From the IMG/VR virus record IMGVR_UViG_3300042691_027609: a DNA stretch of 64,000 bases; one strand, 5' to 3'. Both the position numbers and the translations under genes were made by a program. This document shows positions 1-10,128 of this stretch, one piece after another; positions within the stretch are counted from its first letter, which is position 1, and the number at the start of each line of letters is the position of its first letter. The notes below the pieces were generated by a model that was given only the letters and a program-made list of their open reading frames with translations, made no database searches and had not been told where the DNA came from. The stretch comes from a virus.

Positions 1-3000
1 GTCCCCAGCATATATAGTAAAATTAATAAACCAAGTACCGTTTGTTGGTATCGGAGTTGCTCCTACATAGCGTAACCTAAAATAAAAATAATCAAATGAT
101 AAATCAAATTCTCTTTTTATTTCAACTTTCCAATTTGCTTGATTTATGACATCTGCAGGTAAAAAACCAACATATTGTATTCCTCCATCAATAGTTGAAG
201 TTGATTCAATCGCAGGAAATATATCAAACGCTTGTTTTATTGTAGATGATGCAGATATTTGGTGAAGTATCGGCAAGTATTTAAATCCACCTTGATAAAT
301 TTCAAGAGTTGAATTGTTGGACAATCTCTGTATCTCGGGGTCTGCGCTATCGTACTTAAACAAGGATACGTCAATAGTTTCTCCTGATTTGAATACGTTT
401 TGAACTTGGAATATGTTTGTATTCGTTTTAGAGAGATCGACTACCTGATTTTGATCGTTTATCAAATACTTGATTTCTGCGTTCGCTCTATTAGGTAATG
501 TTAAAGATGCGGTACTAATAGTTTTTAAATACGCAAAATTGTATTTTATTTTATCAATAGCAGCAGTATTACCGTAAGACGTATCTCCATCGGTGTAGAA
601 TAGGTATTTACTGCTTTGAGTTTTTGATCCAAAGTATCTTGGTATAGTACTCCTTTGTATATTATAGTTGTAATCCTGTAGTTGTGCGTAAGGCGCATTA
701 GGATCTGAGTATGTACCTATATTATCAACTATGGATCGTGATATTGTTTCATTTATGATAGACATATTCACAGGAATTATTGGATTTGATGAGTAATCAA
801 CATCTAAAAATCTCTGTGATTTTACAGCATTTGAAACGTTTTGAAATATAGGAGACCTAAGTATCGATATTGGTCCTATGCCGTGTCTATAGTTTTCATT
901 AAATTCAACAACGTCTCCGAAATACAAACTTTGAGAAGTACCACTTATTGTTATGCTATTTAAAATAGACGCGTCATTTGATGGATCGTTTTGATTAAAC
1001 TCATAAGATTCCCGTGCTTTTAATTCGCTATTTTGAAATTCTCCCGTATATCTCTCGAATCCAAAAGAACTCGTATACGGGATGTATCCTATAGCTGTAG
1101 AAATACTTTTTTGTGTAGTGGTATCGATAGTGTACGAATTAGCAGCATCCCCTGATATGCTAATCATGTCAATAGATTCGCTAACTTGTTCCACCGAACC
1201 AGAAGGCTCATGTCTAGCGTACTTACTTCTTTCTAAAATGTGAGGTTTTATTATTATACCTGAGGAAATTGTGGCTCTAGCAGGCACAAAATCCCTAATC
1301 ATTTTAAATAGAGAGTTATTATAATACTTAATTAGTCGTATGTATTCCCAGACGTTGTGTTTTTTATTGTACGAAGAAAAATAACTGTCTCTCTGTCTGT
1401 CTAGCGCAGGGTAATTTTGCAGATATTGGTAAGAGGGATCTCCTATTAAATTATCTATGCTAAAATATCCTAATGATGAAGATATATTTTTATTAAGCTG
1501 ATCAGACGGAGAAAAACCCACTTCTATCGCTGTACTATTCAATCTATTATCATCATCATAATATTGTATTGTAGAATAAGGTGATAATACGGATTGGGAC
1601 AACTCTAAACTTTGACTGATAACTGTTATTTTATCATTGTTTAAATCAATTAGTCCGATTTTATCTAGTCTGTCAAATCCCCCAAATTGGTTGATGTTTA
1701 ATATATCACTAGGTATACCGAAACAAGAAATCAGTGCTTTTACTCCTCTTTCAGTTCCTCTTGTTTTAAGTAGATACGGTAAGTTATGGTATAGTCTTTT
1801 ATAAACTTCTTTTTGAACTTGATCGTACGGTAACGTTTCGTAACTAGATGTAACGTAGTTTTTAATTACCTCTGATCCTGTTGGCGGCAATAGAGTACCG
1901 GATTGCCCGATTCCAAAAAGAGTGTAGTACACTTCATCTGATAGATTTGTGTTGGTGTACAATTCTATTCCAAAACTCTTTATCGCGTCTGCGACAACAT
2001 CTAAAGATATACCAGTTTTTGGATTATTTGTTGCATTATACCTATTTGATAAATCTTTATAGTAAACCCAAATATTATCAAAATGCTGACCTATCATGTT
2101 TATAAACGTTGTGTAGGGTGCATTACTTGGGTCGTCTACCAAGTATAAAGGAATAGCGTTAACGAGGTTGTTAACGTTATTTCCATCATACGCAGAAGCT
2201 GAATAGAGTAAAGATGGCGCGTTTATTCCTGATGGTTGAGTATCTGCTGATCCCAACCAATTGATAGCTTGGGAAGAAGTTGCAGAATACAGTTGGTACG
2301 GTTTAGTTGTATTTCTTTTTGGCCACGCAAAAGATTCAGATTTATAATATAGATAGTATTCGTATATATCAAACTTCTCTATTATTTTGTCTATACTGTT
2401 TTGCAACAATCTTACTGACGCTGATGTAACTTGATTATTCCCCGATATCGATTGTTGTTGGGATATTTGACCAGTGTAAGATTCTATAAGTTCAATTTTA
2501 TACTTAAAATTTTCTAATCTTTCTGTAGCACTAGAAAAATGTACAAAGTTAGAAAAATCTGAAAAATCTACATTTATCGAAATTGATTTATCTTCATAGT
2601 ATGATAATAGTTGTTGAATTGATGAAGATACATTAGCTGAGAATAGACTGTTATAGCTATAGTATGGGGTAGTTTGCCCAATTTTTTCTATGAGTTTGAT
2701 ATTATAGTTAGGACCTCTTAACTTATTTTCGTTAAATACGGCCTCTGCTTCAATTTGAATATCAACAGCATAGCTAACAGATTCTGCAACTTTATCAACT
2801 ATCCATAGAGTTGATTTTATATCATAATCGAACGGTAAAGGATCATACAACTTTATTATTATCGCAGGATTTCCATCATCATCTTCTACGTATGCAGCAT
2901 TAACTGCTAATATTAAATTATTAAGTCCAAAATTTAAATAAAAATCTCCGTAATAATTCTTAGATAGTATGTACGATTGGAAAGAATCAAGTCCAGATTT

Positions 3001-3420
3001 CATTGCTGAATCTGTGATGACTTGCGACGATAGTTTTATCTCTCTTCTACTACTAGATATTTCTTTTATCCAATAAACTTGACCTTGTTTTGAATTAAAA
3101 AGTCTTTTAAGAAAATTATATTGTATTGTTACTCGACCCCTATCAAAGCCAGCATCTTTTGCGTCCTGTGCAGGATCTATTACTAATGAAGAATACTTAT
3201 TTGATCCTACGATTGAAGGATCTCCTAATTTATAATTTGTAAAATTATAATTAGAACTAAGTAACTGATTAGATTCATCATATATAAATTGTTCTATGTA
3301 ATCGTTAGAGTCTCCAATTTGGGAATTTATGTAATTCAGAGAAAGTAATACATCGTCTTTCTGAGAATAGTCTGAGGCTTTTATTCCCTCTCCCACATAA
3401 TTTACATTAATTATTTCCAT
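1..3420 (-). CDS. Large baseplate wedge/structural protein (gp7-like position), >1140 aa, truncated by window start
   Basis: Not in ORF track because it has no stop in the window. ATG at 3420 (MEIINVNYVGEG...), in frame with position 1 and open in the parts translated by hand. Contains 'EVYKRLYHNLPYLLKTRGTERGVKALISCFGIP', typical of phage tail-I/gp7-like wedge proteins; follows gp25/gp6. Confidence 0.75.
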   Translation of the reverse strand, partial: MEIINVNYVGEGIKASDYSQKDDVLLSLNYINSQIGDSNDYIEQFIYDESNQLLSSNYNFTNYKLGDPSIVGSNKYSSLVIDPAQDAKDAGFDRGRVTIQYNFLKRLFNSKQGQVYWIKEISSSRREIKLSSQVITDSAMKSGLDSFQSYILSKNYYGDFYLNFGLNNLILAVNAAYVEDDDGNPAIIIKLYDPLPFDYDIKSTLWIVDKVAESVSYAVDIQIEAEAVFNENKLRGPNYNIKLIEKIGQTTPYYSYNSLFSANVSSSIQQLLSYYEDKSISINVDFSDFSNFVHFSSATERLENFKYKIELIESYTGQISQQQSISGNNQVTSASVRLLQNSIDKIIEKFDIYEYYLYYKSESFAWPKRNTTKPYQLYSATSSQAINWLGSADTQPSGINAPSLLYSASAYDGNNVNNLVNAIPLYLVDDPSNAPYTTFINMIGQHFDNIWVYYKDLSNRYNATNNPKTGISLDVVADAIKSFGIELYTNTNLSDEVYYTLFGIGQSGTLLPPTGSEVIKNYVTSSYETLPYDQVQKEVYKRLYHNLPYLLKTRGTERGVKALISCFGIPSDILNINQFGGFDRLDKIGLIDLNNDKITVISQSLELSQSVLSPYSTIQYYDDDNRLNSTAIEVGFSPSDQLNKNISSSLGYFSIDNLIGDPSYQYLQNYPALDRQRDSYFSSYNKKHNVWEYIRLIKYYNNSLFKMIRDFVPARATISSGIIIKPHILERSKYARHEPSGSVEQVSESIDMISISGDAANSYTIDTTTQKSISTAIGYIPYTSSFGFERYTGEFQNSELKARESYEFNQNDPSNDASILNSITISGTSQSLYFGDVVEFNENYRHGIGPISILRSPIFQNVSNAVKSQRFLDVDYSSNPIIPVNMSIINETISRSIVDNIGTYSDPNAPYAQLQDYNYNIQRSTIPRYFGSKTQSSKYLFYTDGDTSYGNTAAIDKIKYNFAYLKTISTASLTLPNRANAEIKYLINDQNQVVDLSKTNTNIFQVQNVFKSGETIDVSLFKYDSADPEIQRLSNNSTLEIYQGGFKYLPILHQISASSTIKQAFDIFPAIESTSTIDGGIQYVGFLPADVINQANWKVEIKREFDLSFDYFYFRLRYVGATPIPTNGTWFINFTIYAGD

Positions 3421-3432
3421 TTAACTCTTTTA

Positions 3433-3771
3433 TTAGTTCGTTATTGAATCAACGGTCAAATACGTTTCGCTTAATTCAATTATTTGTTGTTTTAACGTAT
3501 TGATTTCTTCAATTAAAGCTTGTTTTTCTAAATCTATTACATTAGTACCTAAATATTGACTACTTTGTTCTATAAGAGTAGTATGTGAATATTCTCCTGT
3601 TAATGGTATTGTATAAAATAGTTGGTTATACAACCTAAATAAATCAAATATATCCAATTCAGGAACTGCTAAAGTTGGAGTGTTAACAATTAGCTCGGAA
3701 AAATTTACGTCTATCGCATTAGTGTACGTATTAATGCCTCTAACTTCTTTTAATAGTTTTACTTTTTCCAT
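3433..3771 (-). CDS. Hypothetical virion-associated protein with C-terminal coiled coil
   Basis: 112-aa ORF coupled to the upstream gene (stop/start overlap at 3771) in the baseplate operon. Confidence 0.6.
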   Translation of the reverse strand: MEKVKLLKEVRGINTYTNAIDVNFSELIVNTPTLAVPELDIFDLFRLYNQLFYTIPLTGEYSHTTLIEQSSQYLGTNVIDLEKQALIEEINTLKQQIIELSETYLTVDSITN

Positions 3772-4829
3772 TATCTCGTAATTTTAAAAATATCATCGTT
3801 ATCAACAACAACAGTTTCACCAGAATCTAATATTGTTTTGATTAATATTTTATAATATCTTTCTGGTTCCAACCCAGATATATAAACATTAAAATAGTTT
3901 CCGTTAGAATCACAACTTATCTTTGTGTAATTATCATCAAAATCTATGATTGTATCCTCTGTCTTAACATCTTTTAAACTCCAATATGAACTACTGGGTA
4001 AACATTTGTTTGTCATATACCATGATGATGTAGTAAATGTTCTTGTCGGGAATAAATCTCTAGCAGAGACTCTAAATTGGAATTTATCAGTTTTTGATTT
4101 TATGTTGCTAGGATTATTCGATACGTGAATAACAGATCTATTATCGTTAATCTTTGTTAACGATCCAGTATTATATGCACTATCATCCCATCTTACTTCT
4201 AAGCACGGAGGATATATAGTTGGAGTATCTACACTAAAAAAATTTAATTTTATATAACTACCAGATGCATTTTCTAAAGATGATGAGTGTTTTAGTATGA
4301 ATCCATAGTTGCTACTTCCATTAAACCAATTATTTACTATTGGCGTTACATTAGCACACACGTCTTTTTCGTCTTTATAATCAAAAGATTGAGAACAAAC
4401 AGTAGTCCACGATCCTCCACCAGAAGTTATATAAAAAGATGGATTTGTCCAATTACTAGCAGTAGCTACATATGACGACGTATTATACCAAGAAACTCCA
4501 TTCTTTTTTTCTGGCTCATCAGTAAATTTACCTGTGCCCATTGTCCAATAATCGCTTACTTGATTTACTTCTAATTTATACGGTAAAGATAGGTTTTCTG
4601 CGTTTGATACATACAATTTCAAATAAGCATCCCAAGATCCAGATTTAAGATTTTTTAATTTAGTTATATCATTATCTGAAAATAAAATAAGAGATCTTCT
4701 AATATTGTCACCCGATTTGTTGTCATTCAAAACAGACACTTCTAATATCTCATCTAATCCAGTATTCTTAGTTGGAAAATACGAATATATCGATGCATCA
4801 GCTGTAGGAAATATTTTATATATGGCCAT
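3771..4829 (-). CDS. Baseplate-associated structural protein (DNRLRE-like beta domain)
   Basis: 'IFPTADASIY...NTGLDEILEV...RSLILF...W.MGTG...GGSW...NYGFILK...FFS.DT.TIYPP.LEVRWDD' pattern; directly downstream of gp6-like gene. Confidence 0.6.
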   Translation of the reverse strand: MAIYKIFPTADASIYSYFPTKNTGLDEILEVSVLNDNKSGDNIRRSLILFSDNDITKLKNLKSGSWDAYLKLYVSNAENLSLPYKLEVNQVSDYWTMGTGKFTDEPEKKNGVSWYNTSSYVATASNWTNPSFYITSGGGSWTTVCSQSFDYKDEKDVCANVTPIVNNWFNGSSNYGFILKHSSSLENASGSYIKLNFFSVDTPTIYPPCLEVRWDDSAYNTGSLTKINDNRSVIHVSNNPSNIKSKTDKFQFRVSARDLFPTRTFTTSSWYMTNKCLPSSSYWSLKDVKTEDTIIDFDDNYTKISCDSNGNYFNVYISGLEPERYYKILIKTILDSGETVVVDNDDIFKITR

Positions 4830-4852
4830 TATGAATTTTTATTATAATTATT

Positions 4853-6712
4853 TTAATATGCAACAACTCTACCTCTTATATCTGTATCGGGGTACTTTAT
4901 TTCAAATATTGATGGATCAAGAGATGGATATATAACTCCTTTTAATGTTGCTCCTGGAATATCGTATGCATATTTTGAATATCCATCAGCTTCTCCAACT
5001 TTATTTGTTATATCTACTTTGGTGACCGTTTGAACTCCTTCTACTTGATCTAATATAGAATATACGTTAGACAAAACAATTGGTTGATTTATTTGCCAAT
5101 TTCCTATATTAAAGTAGTTTTTAAGAACAGCTATGCATCTAGCTAATACATCTTGTCCTGAGAAATTGGGATATATAACTATTTCAAAATTACAAGCTAT
5201 GTTGATTATATACGCATTTTTTAAATTAATCGCATCAGTTAGTAGTTTATATTCGTTCAAATACGTTTTAACATTATTTAATAATGCTTGTGAAGGGAAA
5301 TCCAAATTTCCGTTTGAATTGTAACTTAATAAGTACAAACTTATTAGTATCTGATCTTTAGTATAAGCTGATGAGTTTATATAGTTTTTAAATGTTGCAT
5401 CGTCTTTTGTAACAAATACTTTAGAAATTTTTCCAAATTTAGCTGGCATGCTAATAACTCTTGACATGTAATCCTGTTGAGTAACAGCTCTCATTTGAGA
5501 AGGAAATTGCGATAGTATGTTATATCTTAACTCCTCGATTGTTTCTCCATCTCCACCTCCCGCTGCAGGCGAAGGATTGTTAACCACAACCGTATTCACT
5601 CTCGATGGAGATGAAACAGACGTTGATGATATAGATGACACTCTATTTAATTCGTTGGAAAATACATTAGAGTTTGCTCCTCCTCCAGCTAAATATTTTA
5701 CAGTAAGAGTAGTATTTTTAGGAACCAATCCATATGTTTGAGTTACTACAAAATTAGTTGGATCAAAAGCTGTATTCATTAGCGTTAGTGAATCTGTTAA
5801 TCCCAAACTTGCGCTCTGTGGTAACGGTAATATTTGATTATCAGCTTTAGTCGAGTCTATTCCAGATCCAAATTCTATCATCATTGTTCCATTTGATAAA
5901 AATCTAGTTGTGAATCTTCTTGGAACCGACAATTTTTCAATCATGTAAGGAACCTGGTTGTTGAATTGATATAGATCTGGATAATTTGAAGCTATATTAG
6001 CAACAGGGTTTAATATGTAGTCTTGCGCTAGATATGGAACCTCATACCATTTATTACCATCGCTATCAGTGATACTGATTATATCTATGATATTTGAATC
6101 TTGTAAAGTTATTGATGGAAATCTATCAGAATTACCGAAATCGAAAGCGGCTGATTTAACCTGTCCTGATATTGCTTTAACTGTTTTTTTCAATAAAAAA
6201 GTGTCTGGATTATTTCCCGTTAAAGAATACACTGATACTTCCGTGGGATCCATAGATGAGGACATCGTAAAATCTATTTTATCAGGCACGTAAAACGTTA
6301 TAGACGAATCCGTTGCTGGTGTTACTTGCATTCCTTCGGCTATCGTTAAAGCGTATCCAAAATCAGGTAAGTAGTCTGCTCCTGATTGAACTGATAAAAC
6401 TGTTTGATACACGTCTAAATCAACCACAGCTGCGGATGTGACTTTGGGTCTATAACCCAACATATATGCAAGAGTATATAAATTATTTGGCTGTTTTGCG
6501 TATTGTAAAAAACTTTCTTGAATTTGGTTATCTAAGTAATACGATAGTACATCTCCCACATAAGCAGCCATCTCAATAAACATAGTACCTGGTGAAGCTG
6601 CACTAAAATCATTGTATGAATTGGGAAAATAAGATTTTGCGTACTCTATTAAATCTGTTTTAAAAGTAGAAAAATCTTTATTTAAATATTTTATGTCTTT
6701 ATTTTCTGCCAT
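4853..6712 (-). CDS. gp6: Baseplate wedge subunit (T4 gp6 / baseplate J-like)
   Basis: 'YLNKDFSTFKTDLIEYAKSYFP...DFS..SPG.MFIEMAAYVGDVLSYYLD', 'AAGGGDGETIEELR', 'QMRAVTQQDY' are gp6/J hallmarks. Confidence 0.9.
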   Translation of the reverse strand: MAENKDIKYLNKDFSTFKTDLIEYAKSYFPNSYNDFSAASPGTMFIEMAAYVGDVLSYYLDNQIQESFLQYAKQPNNLYTLAYMLGYRPKVTSAAVVDLDVYQTVLSVQSGADYLPDFGYALTIAEGMQVTPATDSSITFYVPDKIDFTMSSSMDPTEVSVYSLTGNNPDTFLLKKTVKAISGQVKSAAFDFGNSDRFPSITLQDSNIIDIISITDSDGNKWYEVPYLAQDYILNPVANIASNYPDLYQFNNQVPYMIEKLSVPRRFTTRFLSNGTMMIEFGSGIDSTKADNQILPLPQSASLGLTDSLTLMNTAFDPTNFVVTQTYGLVPKNTTLTVKYLAGGGANSNVFSNELNRVSSISSTSVSSPSRVNTVVVNNPSPAAGGGDGETIEELRYNILSQFPSQMRAVTQQDYMSRVISMPAKFGKISKVFVTKDDATFKNYINSSAYTKDQILISLYLLSYNSNGNLDFPSQALLNNVKTYLNEYKLLTDAINLKNAYIINIACNFEIVIYPNFSGQDVLARCIAVLKNYFNIGNWQINQPIVLSNVYSILDQVEGVQTVTKVDITNKVGEADGYSKYAYDIPGATLKGVIYPSLDPSIFEIKYPDTDIRGRVVAY

Positions 6713-6717
6713 TTTAT

Positions 6718-7128
6718 TTAATTTTGTATTTGTATACTAACTTCGTCAAACTCACTTGTGCTTAGTATACTATAAGAGAATTGTATGCTAATCTCATTCT
6801 TGTCTGGATTTGCTAGTACATCCACTGATTCGACTTTTACATTAGGAAAAAATTTTTCTAGTTTAGATGTCAATGCTAGTTTAATTTCATCGACAGTTTT
6901 TTGATTTATGTATTCAAATATCTTAGATCGTAATCCTGCACCAAAAGTCGGACTAAACGGTCTTTCTCTTGGATCTGATAATAGATAGTTTATAAGATTG
7001 TATTTTGTTTGTTCTTTGGTCGTATAAACCGTAGTAAATACGCCATTAGATGAAAATGGAATTTTGACACCCACTCCAGTAGATGGTCGCGTATCGACTA
7101 TTGGTATTATTTTTACTCCGTATGCCAT
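6718..7128 (-). CDS. gp25: Baseplate wedge protein gp25-like (sheath initiator)
   Basis: 'QTKYNLINYLLSDPRERPFSPTFGAGLRSKIFE' matches the GPW/gp25 motif; adjacent to gp6. Confidence 0.85.
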   Translation of the reverse strand: MAYGVKIIPIVDTRPSTGVGVKIPFSSNGVFTTVYTTKEQTKYNLINYLLSDPRERPFSPTFGAGLRSKIFEYINQKTVDEIKLALTSKLEKFFPNVKVESVDVLANPDKNEISIQFSYSILSTSEFDEVSIQIQN

Positions 7129-7129
7129 A

Positions 7130-7600
7130 TTACATTACTCCGTTGTTAATCATTTTTTTCATTAAATTAGAATAATCTGGAACTTCGTTGATTTGTACTG
7201 CTTCTAGATTTGAACTTTGTCTCGCTGTAGATAACATGCCATTCACATCACCAACTGATGCTTCTTTTGGTTGGAAAAAAGAAACAGGATTGACATCATC
7301 AGATGTGAAATTGATTGATGCATCTTCGTTATCAATCATATTCATAGCTGTTTCGTTAAGCAAGTCATTCAATGGAGAATTACCGTAGAATGTTGATTGA
7401 ATATTAGACTGAATTCTTTTTTGGTAAGTTTCAGGCGTATTTAACGATAGTGGAATTTGGGATTTTTTTGTCTCTTTTATCACATTTTTAATTCCAGTTT
7501 CTTTATTTATATTTTCTGATAGAAGACGAGGCAATTCTTGCCTTAGGGCTTTTACCACCTCTTCTTTAATTATCTGTCTAAGTATATCTAATTTTGCCAT
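7130..7600 (-). CDS. Hypothetical protein, candidate head-internal protein
   Basis: 156 aa; IIKE/LLSE/VIKE/LLNE motifs; own ATATTTATA promoter motif 4 nt upstream. Confidence 0.6.
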   Translation of the reverse strand: MAKLDILRQIIKEEVVKALRQELPRLLSENINKETGIKNVIKETKKSQIPLSLNTPETYQKRIQSNIQSTFYGNSPLNDLLNETAMNMIDNEDASINFTSDDVNPVSFFQPKEASVGDVNGMLSTARQSSNLEAVQINEVPDYSNLMKKMINNGVM

Positions 7601-7604
7601 ATCT

Positions 7605-7613
7605 TATAAATAT
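7605..7613 (-). promoter_or_regulatory. ATATTTATA putative late promoter
   Basis: Recurrent intergenic motif, 4 nt before ATG 7600. Confidence 0.65.
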
Positions 7614-7627
7614 TATTTTCTATTTTT

Positions 7628-9685
7628 TTATGGGGATGTTTTACTTAATTTAGACAATTCGTTTTCTTTTTGTTTTAACAATTTTACTAAATCGTCTACG
7701 CGTTTTTTGAATATAATAATAACAGGTCTTAAAAGAGGATTCAAAACTGCAGCTGCAATGGTAACCGTTAGTTTTCTTTTTGCTGCGGCTATATCATCTT
7801 TAACTACACCAATTTCTGCTTTTAGTGAATCAATCTTAGATTTTTTAGTAGCTTGAGAATTTGGATCTGATGATCTAAGTTCATTTGCCAATTTTCTTTT
7901 TGCTTTAGCCGTTTCTCTACGCATTCTGCGTCTCAATCTTCTACCGCCCTTTAATTTATTAACGAATCCTTGTAAACCCAATCCAGCAGGTGGATCGCTG
8001 TCTTCATCATCATTATCCTCTTCTATTTCTTCGTCCTCAGTAAAAACGTCTTGTTCTGCAGGTTCATCTGTATCTAAGTAATTAGCAGATTCGTCCATGA
8101 CTGCTAAATATTCACTAGGTATTAAACCAGTTAAGTTTTGTTTTGGCAGCAATAGTTTAACTTCGTCTATAATCACTCTATCATCGGTAGCAAAAGTAGG
8201 CACAGATTTTGCAACTACAATGCCTCTATTATTTAGAGCTATTCCATATCTACGACGTAAATTTATCCCCTCATCAACCACTTCTTCAGTTAAAATTTGA
8301 ATAGTGTATTCACCGATTCGCTTCTTTCTTTTCGAATTATTATTATCATACGTGTTTATATAGTTATTTAAATCATTTATAGTTGATTGTGTATCGGTTA
8401 CTGCTGAATCTATATTTTGTATAGTTTCATTTTTAGATTCTTGTAAATCACAATTCTGTAAATTTATACGTACAACTTGTAAATAATTTAATATTTGGCC
8501 AAATTCAGTAAGTCTTTTTTGACAAAAAAAGTAAACCGCTGATAAAATTCTATTAATTTCATTTAATCTGTCTGTAAAAAAATCGACTTTCTTTTGAAGT
8601 TTAGCGACTGCATCTCCAATAGTAACTGGTTCAGCTGTTGTGGTAAATATCGATGGTATTGGCAGTTTCTTTAAGAACTTAGCTATAACAAAAAGAACTT
8701 TAATTATTATACTAGCTATGCTAATAATAGTTCTAACGATATTGATAGCGGTTAAGAGCGATTTAATTGCTTTGTATGCTACGTTAACGCCTTTTTGAAT
8801 ACTTTTTACAACGCTTTCTATTTTTTTTGGATCGATTAACTTTTGTAGTTTTTGTATTTGCTCAGCTAGTTTACCACCCAAAAAAGTATCTGCAAAGGCA
8901 ATAAGATCTCTCGGTTTATTTAGACCTTGTATCAATATACACGTTGATCTTGTTTTATCTATATAGGATAGTATTTTTTTAAAATCAGGCCCTGTGGGTA
9001 TCCTTCTTATGTCTGTATACTGATCAAAAAAAGTATTTGCGACAGTAAAAAAATTTGTGTAATTAGCTAATTGAGGAAAAGCGTTATTTAATTCCGCGTT
9101 ATTGAATAAATCATCTGTTGTTTCTGTCAAATTTCTAAACTCTTGCACTATTTTTATAACGACGTCTTGAGCCTTACTAACATTTTCAGGATTTTTTGGA
9201 TTTGATATATCGTCAATTGCATTATAATATCCATCTATATACCCCTGTATTCTATACGCTGCGTATTGTAATTTATATTTAGCTCTACCTAATGCTGTAT
9301 CTCTTTCTTTAGTATCATTAGGATTAAATTTTTTACCTCCTGGTACTTGATCGATTAAGTAATTTAGTATATTACACAAATCAATGGACGACATTAACTC
9401 AACTAGTGGTATAAGCCCATATTTTAATGGATTTATTTTTTGTGCTCCTACATCAGTTGGAACTCCTTGTAAGATATCCGTCGTTGTTCTATCAACTTTT
9501 TTTACTATTTTAATAAATTCTGTAGAAAATCGATTTAGTCCAATAGCTGTTGTTCCTGCGACCTGTTGCGTAAGTTTTTTAGACGCTTTAGCGTTAAATC
9601 CCATTAACTGAAATCCCACTTGAAGACTTGCTTCTTCACTTTTAGTTAAAGTGCGAGGAGGTTGCGCTGTTTTTGTGGTTGCCAT
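7628..9685 (-). CDS. Large helical protein with central hydrophobic segment and acidic/basic tail (candidate ejection/membrane-channel protein)
   Basis: 685 aa ORF; hydrophobic stretch 'LLTAINIVRTIISIASIIIKVLFVIAKFL'; immediately downstream of spike genes; function inferred. Confidence 0.55.
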   Translation of the reverse strand: MATTKTAQPPRTLTKSEEASLQVGFQLMGFNAKASKKLTQQVAGTTAIGLNRFSTEFIKIVKKVDRTTTDILQGVPTDVGAQKINPLKYGLIPLVELMSSIDLCNILNYLIDQVPGGKKFNPNDTKERDTALGRAKYKLQYAAYRIQGYIDGYYNAIDDISNPKNPENVSKAQDVVIKIVQEFRNLTETTDDLFNNAELNNAFPQLANYTNFFTVANTFFDQYTDIRRIPTGPDFKKILSYIDKTRSTCILIQGLNKPRDLIAFADTFLGGKLAEQIQKLQKLIDPKKIESVVKSIQKGVNVAYKAIKSLLTAINIVRTIISIASIIIKVLFVIAKFLKKLPIPSIFTTTAEPVTIGDAVAKLQKKVDFFTDRLNEINRILSAVYFFCQKRLTEFGQILNYLQVVRINLQNCDLQESKNETIQNIDSAVTDTQSTINDLNNYINTYDNNNSKRKKRIGEYTIQILTEEVVDEGINLRRRYGIALNNRGIVVAKSVPTFATDDRVIIDEVKLLLPKQNLTGLIPSEYLAVMDESANYLDTDEPAEQDVFTEDEEIEEDNDDEDSDPPAGLGLQGFVNKLKGGRRLRRRMRRETAKAKRKLANELRSSDPNSQATKKSKIDSLKAEIGVVKDDIAAAKRKLTVTIAAAVLNPLLRPVIIIFKKRVDDLVKLLKQKENELSKLSKTSP

Positions 9686-10128
9686 TATCTAGTGAATGTG
9701 TTTTTAGATAGCATAAAATTAGGACCTTGCGTATCGCTAAGTAAACCAACCATTCTTTCGCTCATGTTTCTTAACTCAATGCCTGTTTCTTGAACTATCA
9801 ACCAAGATTTAGCATCTCCCGTTTTTGATACTGCTGATAGTTGTGTACCGCAATAATTTATAGTTGTCAACATTTCAAGTAGTAGGTTTATTAACTTATA
9901 CCCCTTAACTACTGGTTCTCCTCTTAGTACAGCATCATTTCCTAATTCAATAACGTCAGAGTCGATTAGGATCTTTTCTTTTGCATCTATATTAACTGTT
10001 CCGTTAGACGCTATTGCAACCATTTGTTTTCCAAATAAGAATATTCCATCAGATTTAGCGTGTAATACTACTCTATCAGAAGATAGTATTATTTGGTTGT
10101 TTTTATATGGGAATTGAGGATTAAGCAT
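9685..10128 (-). CDS. Baseplate spike C-terminal part (gp5/gpV beta-helix-like)
   Basis: 'QIILSSDRVVLHAKSDGIFLFGKQMVAIASNGTVNIDAKEKILIDSDVIELG...EPVVKG' repeated short beta strands typical of spike C-termini. Confidence 0.6.
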   Translation of the reverse strand: MLNPQFPYKNNQIILSSDRVVLHAKSDGIFLFGKQMVAIASNGTVNIDAKEKILIDSDVIELGNDAVLRGEPVVKGYKLINLLLEMLTTINYCGTQLSAVSKTGDAKSWLIVQETGIELRNMSERMVGLLSDTQGPNFMLSKNTFTR